Assembly: GCA_041751875.1 (NCBI GenBank)
Contig: JBGSIC010000029.1
Span: 2,598-66,597 of the forward strand
Direction of reading: 5' to 3'
Length of the DNA stretch: 64,000 nt
Origin: Bdellovibrionota bacterium
GTDB taxonomy: Bacteria; Bdellovibrionota; FAC87; UBA2466; JACKAF01
Below the pieces are notes generated by a model. The model made no database searches and was not told the origin of the DNA. It saw only the letters and a program-made list of their open reading frames with translations. Within the stretch, counting starts at the first letter, position 1. Every line of letters begins with the position of its first letter. Positions 52,782 through 60,761 of this stretch are shown here, piece after piece. Both the position numbers and the translations under genes were made by a program.

Positions 52782-54074
52782 TTGCGCCATTTATCTGCTC
52801 AATTTTATTTTATTTTTTTCCTTGGGTTTGCTTCTCAAGCTCTAGGGGTCGGCCTTTTAGTTGGTAAAACACCCGGTGCGTTTCATCGCTCCTCGGTCCA
52901 GGTGGTCTATGTAAAAGAGGGCGACCGTAACACCCTTACTTTCTACAGCGACTTTCGCGGGGAAAACGGATCATTCGTCATTCTGCTGCCGTTTCCTTTC
53001 GCTGTACCAGAAGAAAGCATAGCCTTGCTCGAGCACGCACCGATGGAACAGCTCGAAGCCTTTTCGGCCCCCATTTTATTTGAACAGATGGATCCGGATC
53101 CTTGTTTAGAAGAAAATTTAGCCCCCAAGGCGGCGGGTGGCCCTGTCAAAGCTCACCTTCTGGGCAGTAGTCCGCAACGTCGTACGCGGGGAAGTTACAA
53201 AGCAGTAGCTTTAAGTGCGCCCCAATCTCAAAAAATACAGGATTGGTTGCAAGAAGAAGGGTATCAACCTGCCCCCGAAAGCGTGCCTTGGTTGAAGGAA
53301 CAAGCTAGAAAAAATCATTTCATCGCGATTAAAGTGGAACTCAAGGAACACAGCCGACTGGCGTATCAGTACCTACGGCCTATCCAAGTAACATTTACCG
53401 GCGCTGAATTTAGTTTACCTTTGGAACTGGGACCCGCGCCCCAGGGAGAAGATCAAGACCTTTATCTCTACGTGATCACAGACCAAGGGCAAGTAGCTCC
53501 CGCTAATTACGCGATTACGCAGTTACCCTCGAACAAAGATATTCCTGCTTACATCAAGTATCGATTTGAAGATTTTTACCGGGAAGTATTTTTACAAGCG
53601 AGTCGGAAAAATAAAGGTGCGTTTCTCGAATACGCGGGAAGTGCGTTGCGTTGTGAGAATTGTAATGAGGATACGTTAACGCTTGAATCGCTTTCGGCAT
53701 TGGGCGTGCAGTGGCTATCGGGCTTAAAAGACAAGAAGGCAATTGCTGCTGCAAAAGAAGCATACCTTTCGCGTTACCATCTTCGGGGACGCAAGGAATC
53801 GCTTCCGCAGAAGATCACTTTTCAAGCCGTGGCGGATTTGCCGCCATTTCAGGAAGTGTTTTTGGTACGCCACGCCTGGATGGGTTCGTCGCGCTCTTGC
53901 GCCCAGGCGAATGCTTACGCCAACACGCTCAGTGCCCGCCGCGAAAGCGAAGCGCGCACGCTAGCTAGTTTGACGGGATGGAGCATTGAGCGAATTTTGA
54001 ACAACATGACGCCTGCTCAGAAAGACCAAAAGAAGCATTGGTACGAGAGACTCTTCGATGAAGAAAAAAAATGA
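52782..54074 (+). CDS. Secreted hypothetical protein
   Basis: Signal peptide, 430 aa. The 3' end overlaps the proC start by 17 nt. Confidence 0.45.
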   Translation: MRHLSAQFYFIFFLGFASQALGVGLLVGKTPGAFHRSSVQVVYVKEGDRNTLTFYSDFRGENGSFVILLPFPFAVPEESIALLEHAPMEQLEAFSAPILFEQMDPDPCLEENLAPKAAGGPVKAHLLGSSPQRRTRGSYKAVALSAPQSQKIQDWLQEEGYQPAPESVPWLKEQARKNHFIAIKVELKEHSRLAYQYLRPIQVTFTGAEFSLPLELGPAPQGEDQDLYLYVITDQGQVAPANYAITQLPSNKDIPAYIKYRFEDFYREVFLQASRKNKGAFLEYAGSALRCENCNEDTLTLESLSALGVQWLSGLKDKKAIAAAKEAYLSRYHLRGRKESLPQKITFQAVADLPPFQEVFLVRHAWMGSSRSCAQANAYANTLSARRESEARTLASLTGWSIERILNNMTPAQKDQKKHWYERLFDEEKK

Positions 54075-54876
54075 AAAAATTGGAATTTTAGGCTTAGGCA
54101 GAATGGGACGCTGTCTTGTGCAAGGCATGTTAGAAACAGGCCAAGTGCAGAAAGAGGACCTGCTTTTCACCACCAGAAAGAAAGAGAATGCTACCCTTGC
54201 GACCAAAGAGGTCGGAATAAAAGCCTGTGCGAGTAACAAAGAGCTAGTGAAGAACTGTTCGGTGATTATTTTGGCGGTGAAACCACAGAATCTGGACGAT
54301 TTGTTAAAAGACGTGGGCCAGGACTTTAAAGCGAATCAAACGATCATTTCGATTGTTGCCAGTGTGACAACCAAAGCAATTGAATCGCGAATTCCAAAGA
54401 ATGTGGCTGTCATTCGTGCCATGCCCAACACCCCAGCTTTCGTCCGCTGTGCCATGACGGCGATGTGTCCTGGCGCCGCAGCGGGGAAAGCTCACCAAGA
54501 CATCGCAGAGAAAATTTTCAGTTCGGTGGGTAGGGTGGTGCAGACTGAAGAGCGTCATATGGACGCGGTCACGGGCCTGAGCGGTTGCGGCCCCGCTTAT
54601 ATCTATTTAGTGCTTGAGGCAATGACCGAAGGCGGCATCAAGGTGGGCCTTCCCCGAGAGGTCGCCCTAGAACTATCCGCCCAAACCGTACTGGGGGCGG
54701 CAAAAATGCTTCAGGTGACCGGTCGCCATCCTTCCTCTTTACGCGACGAAGTGACCACCCCAGCCGGGTGTACGATTGATGGCCTTGTGGAATTGGAAGA
54801 AGGGAAGTTGCGGGTCACATTGATGAAAGCCGTTGTTAAAGCGACTGAGCGTGCACACGCGCTTTCCAGTCTCTAG
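54058..54876 (+). CDS. proC: Pyrroline-5-carboxylate reductase
   Basis: N-terminal NADP-binding IGILGLGRMG and C-terminal ProC dimerisation-domain motifs. Confidence 0.85.
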   Translation: MKKKNEKIGILGLGRMGRCLVQGMLETGQVQKEDLLFTTRKKENATLATKEVGIKACASNKELVKNCSVIILAVKPQNLDDLLKDVGQDFKANQTIISIVASVTTKAIESRIPKNVAVIRAMPNTPAFVRCAMTAMCPGAAAGKAHQDIAEKIFSSVGRVVQTEERHMDAVTGLSGCGPAYIYLVLEAMTEGGIKVGLPREVALELSAQTVLGAAKMLQVTGRHPSSLRDEVTTPAGCTIDGLVELEEGKLRVTLMKAVVKATERAHALSSL

Positions 54877-55013
54877 CGATCGGCTTTCGAAAAGAACGGG
54901 CCGTTTGACCGCTTCCGCTCAGCCAACTAGGATATTTTTCGAGCCGACGCGTACCGTGGCAGGTACTCTTTATTACAAACAAATCGACACGTCGACTCGC
55001 ACGGGGAGCAGAG

Positions 55014-56306
55014 ATGGGTGATTCCGCAAAGTTAAATGTAGATGGTAAAGAGTTCGAATTCCCGCTTGTTGAAGGAACCGAAAAAGAGCGGGGTATGGAC
55101 ATTACCAGCCTGCGGTCGAAAACGGGCCTAATCACTTTAGATACCGGCTATATGAACACCGGGTCTTGTTCCAGCGCCATTACCTTTCTGGATGGTGAGA
55201 AGGGGATTCTTCGCTACCGCGGCATACCGATTGAAGTCTTGGCGGAAAAATCAAATTTTGTGGAAGTCAGCTACCTCCTTATTTACGGCGAACTTCCCAC
55301 GGAGTCGCAGCTTAAATCGTTTACCAACAACCTGACTCGTCACACGATGCTCCATGAGGATATGAAGCGCTTCTTCGACGGATTCCCGCGCGATGCGCAT
55401 CCGATGGCGACGCTATCGGCGGCCGTAAACACACTTTCCACTTTTTACCAGGAAGAAACTGCTGGGCTCCAAGGCCGCAGTCTGGAGAATTCCATTTATA
55501 GACTTCTTGGGAAGTTACCGACCATTGCGGCGTTCTCCTACAAGAAATCGATCGGGCAACCGTTCATCTATCCTACGAATGCACTAAGCTATTGCGGCAA
55601 CTTTTTGAAAATGATGTTTGGCGTCCCGGCTGAGGAGTACGAAGTCAATCCGGTGATGACCAATGCGCTACGCCTTCTGTTTTTGCTTCATGCTGATCAC
55701 GAGCAGAATTGCAGTACGTCCACCGTGCGTCTGGTGGGAAGCGCCGGGGCGAACCTTTACGCCTCAGTTTCCGCCGGTATCTCGGCCCTTTGGGGACATC
55801 TCCATGGTGGGGCCAATCAGCGCGTTGTGGAAATGCTTCAAAAGATTAAAAAAGAAGGTATCGGCGCCTCCCAGTTCCTGGAACGAGTGAAGAAGAAAGA
55901 CGAAGGTTCGCGTTTGATGGGCTTCGGACACCGAGTTTACAAAAACTTCGATCCACGGGCGAGCATTATTAAGAAAGCTGCGGATGAAGTGCTGACCAAC
56001 CTGGGTGTGAAAGATCCCTTGCTCGATATCGCCAAGGTGCTCGAAGAAGCAGCGCTTAAAGATGAATATTTCATCGAGCGGAAACTTTATCCCAACGTCG
56101 ATTTCTACTCGGGGATTATCTACCGAGCGATGGGAATTCCGGTAACCATGTTCACCGTGATGTTCGCAATCGGAAGATTGCCGGGCTGGATCGCCCAGTG
56201 GAAAGAGATGATTGGGGATCCTGAGAACAAGATCGGTCGCCCACGCCAGATTTACACGGGATTTAACGAACGCGCTTACACTCCGATTGAGAAGCGAACA
56301 AAATAG
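55014..56306 (+). CDS. gltA: Citrate synthase
   Basis: Active-site His in GFGHRVYK and the LHADHE motif. About 430 aa, type II. Confidence 0.9.
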   Translation: MGDSAKLNVDGKEFEFPLVEGTEKERGMDITSLRSKTGLITLDTGYMNTGSCSSAITFLDGEKGILRYRGIPIEVLAEKSNFVEVSYLLIYGELPTESQLKSFTNNLTRHTMLHEDMKRFFDGFPRDAHPMATLSAAVNTLSTFYQEETAGLQGRSLENSIYRLLGKLPTIAAFSYKKSIGQPFIYPTNALSYCGNFLKMMFGVPAEEYEVNPVMTNALRLLFLLHADHEQNCSTSTVRLVGSAGANLYASVSAGISALWGHLHGGANQRVVEMLQKIKKEGIGASQFLERVKKKDEGSRLMGFGHRVYKNFDPRASIIKKAADEVLTNLGVKDPLLDIAKVLEEAALKDEYFIERKLYPNVDFYSGIIYRAMGIPVTMFTVMFAIGRLPGWIAQWKEMIGDPENKIGRPRQIYTGFNERAYTPIEKRTK

Positions 56307-56309
56307 CGT

Positions 56310-57278
56310 TTAGAAATGAACGAGAAGAGCGCCGAGAAACTGGCTGTTGGCGTTTCCCAAGAAGTCAGAAACTGAAAAATCATCCCGGTTGTATTGCACA
56401 CCAAGCGAAACTTTCTCGAAGAGTCTGTAGTAGGCACCTAAACGGATTCGGCTGAAGGCGGGACCGTTCCCTCCCGCATCTCCCGTAGCGCTATTGATTA
56501 CGCCGTAAATAATATCTGCTGAAATCAAAAAATCTTCGAAAGGGGTAATCTCAATACCGGCGATTCCGTGAATTCCCCTAACACCAAAGCTTAGCGAGTT
56601 TTGGGAACCAGAATCCGTGGTCACGGAGGTCATTCCCAGGATGCTATACCCAACGCCCGCCTTTGCGACCATGCGCATCGATGCAAATTCGAAAGGAAGC
56701 TGCCCTTTGGCACTAAAGCTACCCCCGACCACCTTACCGCTTGTCTCGTTGGTAAAAGAACCGCCAGGAACGGAAGTGAGTTCCGTGTCTGTTTGGGTGG
56801 GATAATTCTGAAAAAAGCCGTCTAGTTCAAATCCGAAATTTTCCCATCGGAGATCGGCATTCAGACCCAGATGCATACTGCTGCCGACTTGACCTTGCCC
56901 GTGGGCAGAAAAGGAAGCATTCGAGATGCCGCCGCTTGCGCCCAACCGAAGCTCCATTTCTTTTTCACTTCGCGGGAGATCGTATTCAGCGGAGGAAAAG
57001 GCGCTAGAGCTGTTCACGCTGGCGAGGCGTCGTCGAGGAATTTGCTTCTTTTTTGTTCGCAGTGTCTTGGCGCGCAACTCATCTTCCGAGTAGACACGTT
57101 TGCGCTTGGGTTCAAACTTCCTGCTTTTAATAGTGCGCAGTCTGTTAATGCGAATTTGATCAGAAGAGATGGGGGCAAACGCGTCGGCATAGAGGTTTGT
57201 CGATGCTATCCACGAAGAGGCATAAATCATGATGTAGGCTAACCGACGCATTTGCGAACCTCGGGAAAAAGAGCTCAA
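56310..57278 (-). CDS. Outer-membrane beta-barrel hypothetical protein
   Basis: Signal peptide. The C-terminus ...GALLVHF ends in Phe. Confidence 0.5.
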   Translation of the reverse strand: MSSFSRGSQMRRLAYIMIYASSWIASTNLYADAFAPISSDQIRINRLRTIKSRKFEPKRKRVYSEDELRAKTLRTKKKQIPRRRLASVNSSSAFSSAEYDLPRSEKEMELRLGASGGISNASFSAHGQGQVGSSMHLGLNADLRWENFGFELDGFFQNYPTQTDTELTSVPGGSFTNETSGKVVGGSFSAKGQLPFEFASMRMVAKAGVGYSILGMTSVTTDSGSQNSLSFGVRGIHGIAGIEITPFEDFLISADIIYGVINSATGDAGGNGPAFSRIRLGAYYRLFEKVSLGVQYNRDDFSVSDFLGNANSQFLGALLVHF

Positions 57279-57509
57279 AAAGGGACCTATATTCAGCTGT
57301 ATTCTGCAAGTGGGGTGCCACGAAATCAGGCTCGGCCAGAGAGGGAAAACTGTCTAACTCGTGGCAAGAAAAGCAATTTTCGACGGCCCAGAGGGGGAGT
57401 ACGGGGCCAAACCCGCATATCTTAGTGAAATCGTAGCGGAAAGAGGGTGTACCCGGCAGGCACGTTCTGGTATCCTTCAGTAAATTTGACTACATAGGTA
57501 CCATCACCC

Positions 57510-59498
57510 GTGGCAAGCAGCAAAATAACGACTTCAAGTACGGCCGAGTATTTCGCGAAGAACCTTCAGCAGGTTGGTTTTTCTTCGTCCACAAAGGCCG
57601 TTCTGACAACTCTGAAAGAAGCAGTCGATAACTCACTCGACGCTTGTGAAGACGCAGGCATTCTTCCTGAAATTAAAATTCTGATCGAAAAAAAGGGCGA
57701 GGGGACAGGTAAGAACACCGATCTCATTCGAGTAAAGATTGAAGACAATGGTCCGGGTTTAGATCTCGAAGACCTACCGAAGGTTTTTGGTGAATATTTG
57801 GCCTCTTCCAAATTTGGTCGAGGGCGTTGTTCGCGCGGGCAGCAAGGGATTGGTATTTCCGCGGCGACTACCTGGGCCCAGCTGACTTCCGCCAAGGGTG
57901 CCAGCGTGATTACCAAAACGAAAAAAATGCGCGCGGCGATCTCTGCGGTGGTGAACGTTGATATCAAGCAAAACAAAGGCATCCTGAAGAACAAAGAAAG
58001 TGTGAATTGGGATCGGCCGCATGGCCTTAGCGTTGAATTTTTGATCGACGGAAGAATGCAGCTTAATGGGGAGGGCGGGTTACTCACCTATATTAACGGT
58101 ACCGCATTAGTAAACCCGCATCTGGATCTCGAATATAAAATTGGCGAAGACGCCAAGCAAAAAATTAAGCGAGTCGCGGACCTAGTGCCCAACATCCCTG
58201 AAGCGACGATGCCCCACCCTCATACGATGAAGTTGGGTGAATTTTTGCATCACTCTCACCTATTCGGAAAAGTTGAGCTTCGCAAGTGGTTGAAAAAAGG
58301 TTTCACGCGTATCTCGGATGGAGTGATTGATGAGATCGTTAAGAACGGACTCAGCAAAGGGTTTCTCACGCGCCCTGTAAACCAGCTCTCCGAAGGCGAC
58401 ATGAAGCAGGTTTACCAGGCCGTTCAGAAAACGGAGCTCATGGCTCCTAGTACGCGGTCGGTAATGATTATCGGCGAACATGCGCTTGCGATGAGCATCA
58501 AGCGCATGGGCGAAATTGATTTCTTCTCGGTCGTTACCCGCAAACCCAAGATCTGTGATTCGAAACCCGTGGCTGTTGAAGTCGCCATCGCGCGATTCTT
58601 GGATCGCTCGGGCTCTTCGGTGCCGGATGAAGAGGTCGGTCCCGTGACCGTTTTGCGTTTCGCCAATCGGGTACCGCTGCAGTTTGATAAGTCGGCTTGT
58701 GCGATTGTTCAAGCGATTGAAACCGTGAACTGGCGCAGCTATGGCCTTTCTCAAGCCAAAAGCAGTTTGCCGAGTGGACCCTACGTCATCGCGGTGAGCG
58801 TGGTCTCACCTTTTATTAAGTTTAAAAACGCCTCCAAAGAAACCATTGATGCGAGTGATGAACTTGTAGAGGAAATCCGTCGTACGCTGATGCAGGCGGG
58901 ACAGAAGCTTTCACGCCACATTAATAAAGAAAATCGTGAAGCCGATCTAGAGAAAAAATTACAGCACATTGAACAGTTCTGTCCGATTCTAGTGGAATGC
59001 TTGTGCCGTATTACAGAAGCTCCCGCGAAAAGAAAGAAAAAGGCTACCGAAGGCATCATGAAGCTTCTGGGTCGCGACGTGAATAAAGCCGAAGAAGAAT
59101 TACAAGCGGCTAAAGAGGGCGTGAACAAGGTCGTCACAAAGCAGAAAGAAAAATTCCAGAAAGCCATTGCGAAGAATAAGAAAGCCTCGGGTGAGGACTC
59201 TGAGCCGGAAGAAGATGTCCGACCTAACGCTGAGGACGTTGTCACGCCTGAAGAGGTGAATGAGGAAATTGAGCCTGAACTAGAGGCCGCGGAAGAAGCC
59301 GAAAGCGAAACGGAAAAGCCCAAAAAGGGCGGAAAGACCAAGAAGGGCAAGACGGCAGCACCTGCCAAAGAGGCAAGTGCGAAGAAAAAGGCGGCGCCCA
59401 AAGCGGAAAAAAAGGCGAAGCCTAGCGAAAAGAAGGCCAAAAAGCCCAAGGGTAAAGCAAAAGACGACGAAGAAGAAGTCGACGAGCTGGAGGTTTAA
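57510..59498 (+). CDS. top6B: Type IIB DNA topoisomerase (topo VI) subunit B, GHKL ATPase, with Lys/Ala/Glu-rich C-terminal tail
   Basis: Bergerat-fold N-box EAVDNSLDA, G1 EDNGPGL and the Top6B-specific G2 SRGQQGIGISAA. H2TH/transducer-length body. The C-terminal roughly 110 aa are KKAxPKAEKKAK-type repeats. Confidence 0.8.
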   Translation: MASSKITTSSTAEYFAKNLQQVGFSSSTKAVLTTLKEAVDNSLDACEDAGILPEIKILIEKKGEGTGKNTDLIRVKIEDNGPGLDLEDLPKVFGEYLASSKFGRGRCSRGQQGIGISAATTWAQLTSAKGASVITKTKKMRAAISAVVNVDIKQNKGILKNKESVNWDRPHGLSVEFLIDGRMQLNGEGGLLTYINGTALVNPHLDLEYKIGEDAKQKIKRVADLVPNIPEATMPHPHTMKLGEFLHHSHLFGKVELRKWLKKGFTRISDGVIDEIVKNGLSKGFLTRPVNQLSEGDMKQVYQAVQKTELMAPSTRSVMIIGEHALAMSIKRMGEIDFFSVVTRKPKICDSKPVAVEVAIARFLDRSGSSVPDEEVGPVTVLRFANRVPLQFDKSACAIVQAIETVNWRSYGLSQAKSSLPSGPYVIAVSVVSPFIKFKNASKETIDASDELVEEIRRTLMQAGQKLSRHINKENREADLEKKLQHIEQFCPILVECLCRITEAPAKRKKKATEGIMKLLGRDVNKAEEELQAAKEGVNKVVTKQKEKFQKAIAKNKKASGEDSEPEEDVRPNAEDVVTPEEVNEEIEPELEAAEEAESETEKPKKGGKTKKGKTAAPAKEASAKKKAAPKAEKKAKPSEKKAKKPKGKAKDDEEEVDELEV

Positions 59499-60638
59499 AT
59501 GACAGAAACAGATATCCCAAAAGTGAGTAAGGCTCTTTGTCAGCGCTTATTAACCGACCTGGAGAACGCACGACGCCCGGTAATGGAAGCGATCAAGTGC
59601 TCTCTCGATAACGCTATCTATTCGCCAAAGGTCGGCTACCTCACGCCGGGAGATAAGAGAGTACGTACCGAACTTAACGTCAGTTCTGTGCAGAAAATGT
59701 CGCGTGCCATTTTCCTCTTGGAGATACTTCTGCGCAACGTAGACACGGGTGCGGTAAACACGAAACGCGAACTCTATTACATCGCAAAAGGTGAAGTAAA
59801 ACACTCGCCCGATCTCAAGCCTTTGGATTTCGCTTCGCAGGAAGAAAGCGATTCCATTATTGATTTCATTTGCGAAATGCTCGTTTGTTACCGAGAAGAA
59901 CTAAACTGTTTTGCGAACGATCGCGGCGGCCAAACCTATTCAGAAGCGTTGGTGGTTACCGAGACCTTGCCGGATGGGAGCAAGGCTCAAGTAGATCTTG
60001 GCTCTTTGGGAACGACACCCTTCCAGCCAAAGAACCGACCCCAAAGCTTGAAGCTTAAAGCCAAGAAGAAAATCGATTTCTGCTTAGTTGTGGAATCGGA
60101 AGGTACGGCTAACACCTTTGTCGCCAATGGGTTCTGTCGGCGTAACAAGGCTATCTTAGTGGGTGCACAAGGGGTTCCTAGTAACGCGGTTCGTGGATGG
60201 GTGAAGCTCATTCAAGAAGAACTTAGCGTTCCTATTTATTTCTTTGGTGATCTGGACGCCTATACTCTTCAAAATATTTATCGCACCCTGAAGGCGGGAT
60301 CAGCAGCCAGTTTGATACGCAATTCGGATTTCTCTGCTCCTAAAGTCCATTTTCTCGGTGTGCTCCCCGAAGACATCAAAAAGTATGATTTGCATGACTA
60401 CGAAGTAAGAGAAGCTGACTTGCAGGAAGCTCGTGCTCTTAAGAAGGCCCGAGACGCCCTAGAGAACGATCCCTTTTTCAAAGATCCTAAAAATAAGGAT
60501 CTCGCCAACATTCTCAAGTGGCTCTTGAAGAACAAGCGCCGTTGCGAGCAACAGGCATTCTTCATGGTTGATCCGCGCGATCCGACTCGCCCGGAGAAAA
60601 TCATCATCGATAAGATCAGAAGAAAGAATTACGTCTGA
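59499..60638 (+). CDS. top6A: Type IIB DNA topoisomerase (topo VI) subunit A / Spo11-like (winged-helix with catalytic Tyr + Toprim)
   Basis: RELYYIAKGE catalytic-Tyr context. Toprim Glu in VVESEGT and DxD in YFFGDLDAYT. The start codon abuts the top6B stop (TAAATG). Confidence 0.8.
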   Translation: MTETDIPKVSKALCQRLLTDLENARRPVMEAIKCSLDNAIYSPKVGYLTPGDKRVRTELNVSSVQKMSRAIFLLEILLRNVDTGAVNTKRELYYIAKGEVKHSPDLKPLDFASQEESDSIIDFICEMLVCYREELNCFANDRGGQTYSEALVVTETLPDGSKAQVDLGSLGTTPFQPKNRPQSLKLKAKKKIDFCLVVESEGTANTFVANGFCRRNKAILVGAQGVPSNAVRGWVKLIQEELSVPIYFFGDLDAYTLQNIYRTLKAGSAASLIRNSDFSAPKVHFLGVLPEDIKKYDLHDYEVREADLQEARALKKARDALENDPFFKDPKNKDLANILKWLLKNKRRCEQQAFFMVDPRDPTRPEKIIIDKIRRKNYV

Positions 60639-60761
60639 GCGAGAAACCACTCGCAAAAAGAATAGAGCGAGCCCCGTTTCGTCCAACCAAATTCAGCCCT
60701 TAGGCCGGGCTTCGCCCGGCCGTCTGGCAAAGGTGCCAGGCCGCCTAAGCTATGGTAGACC

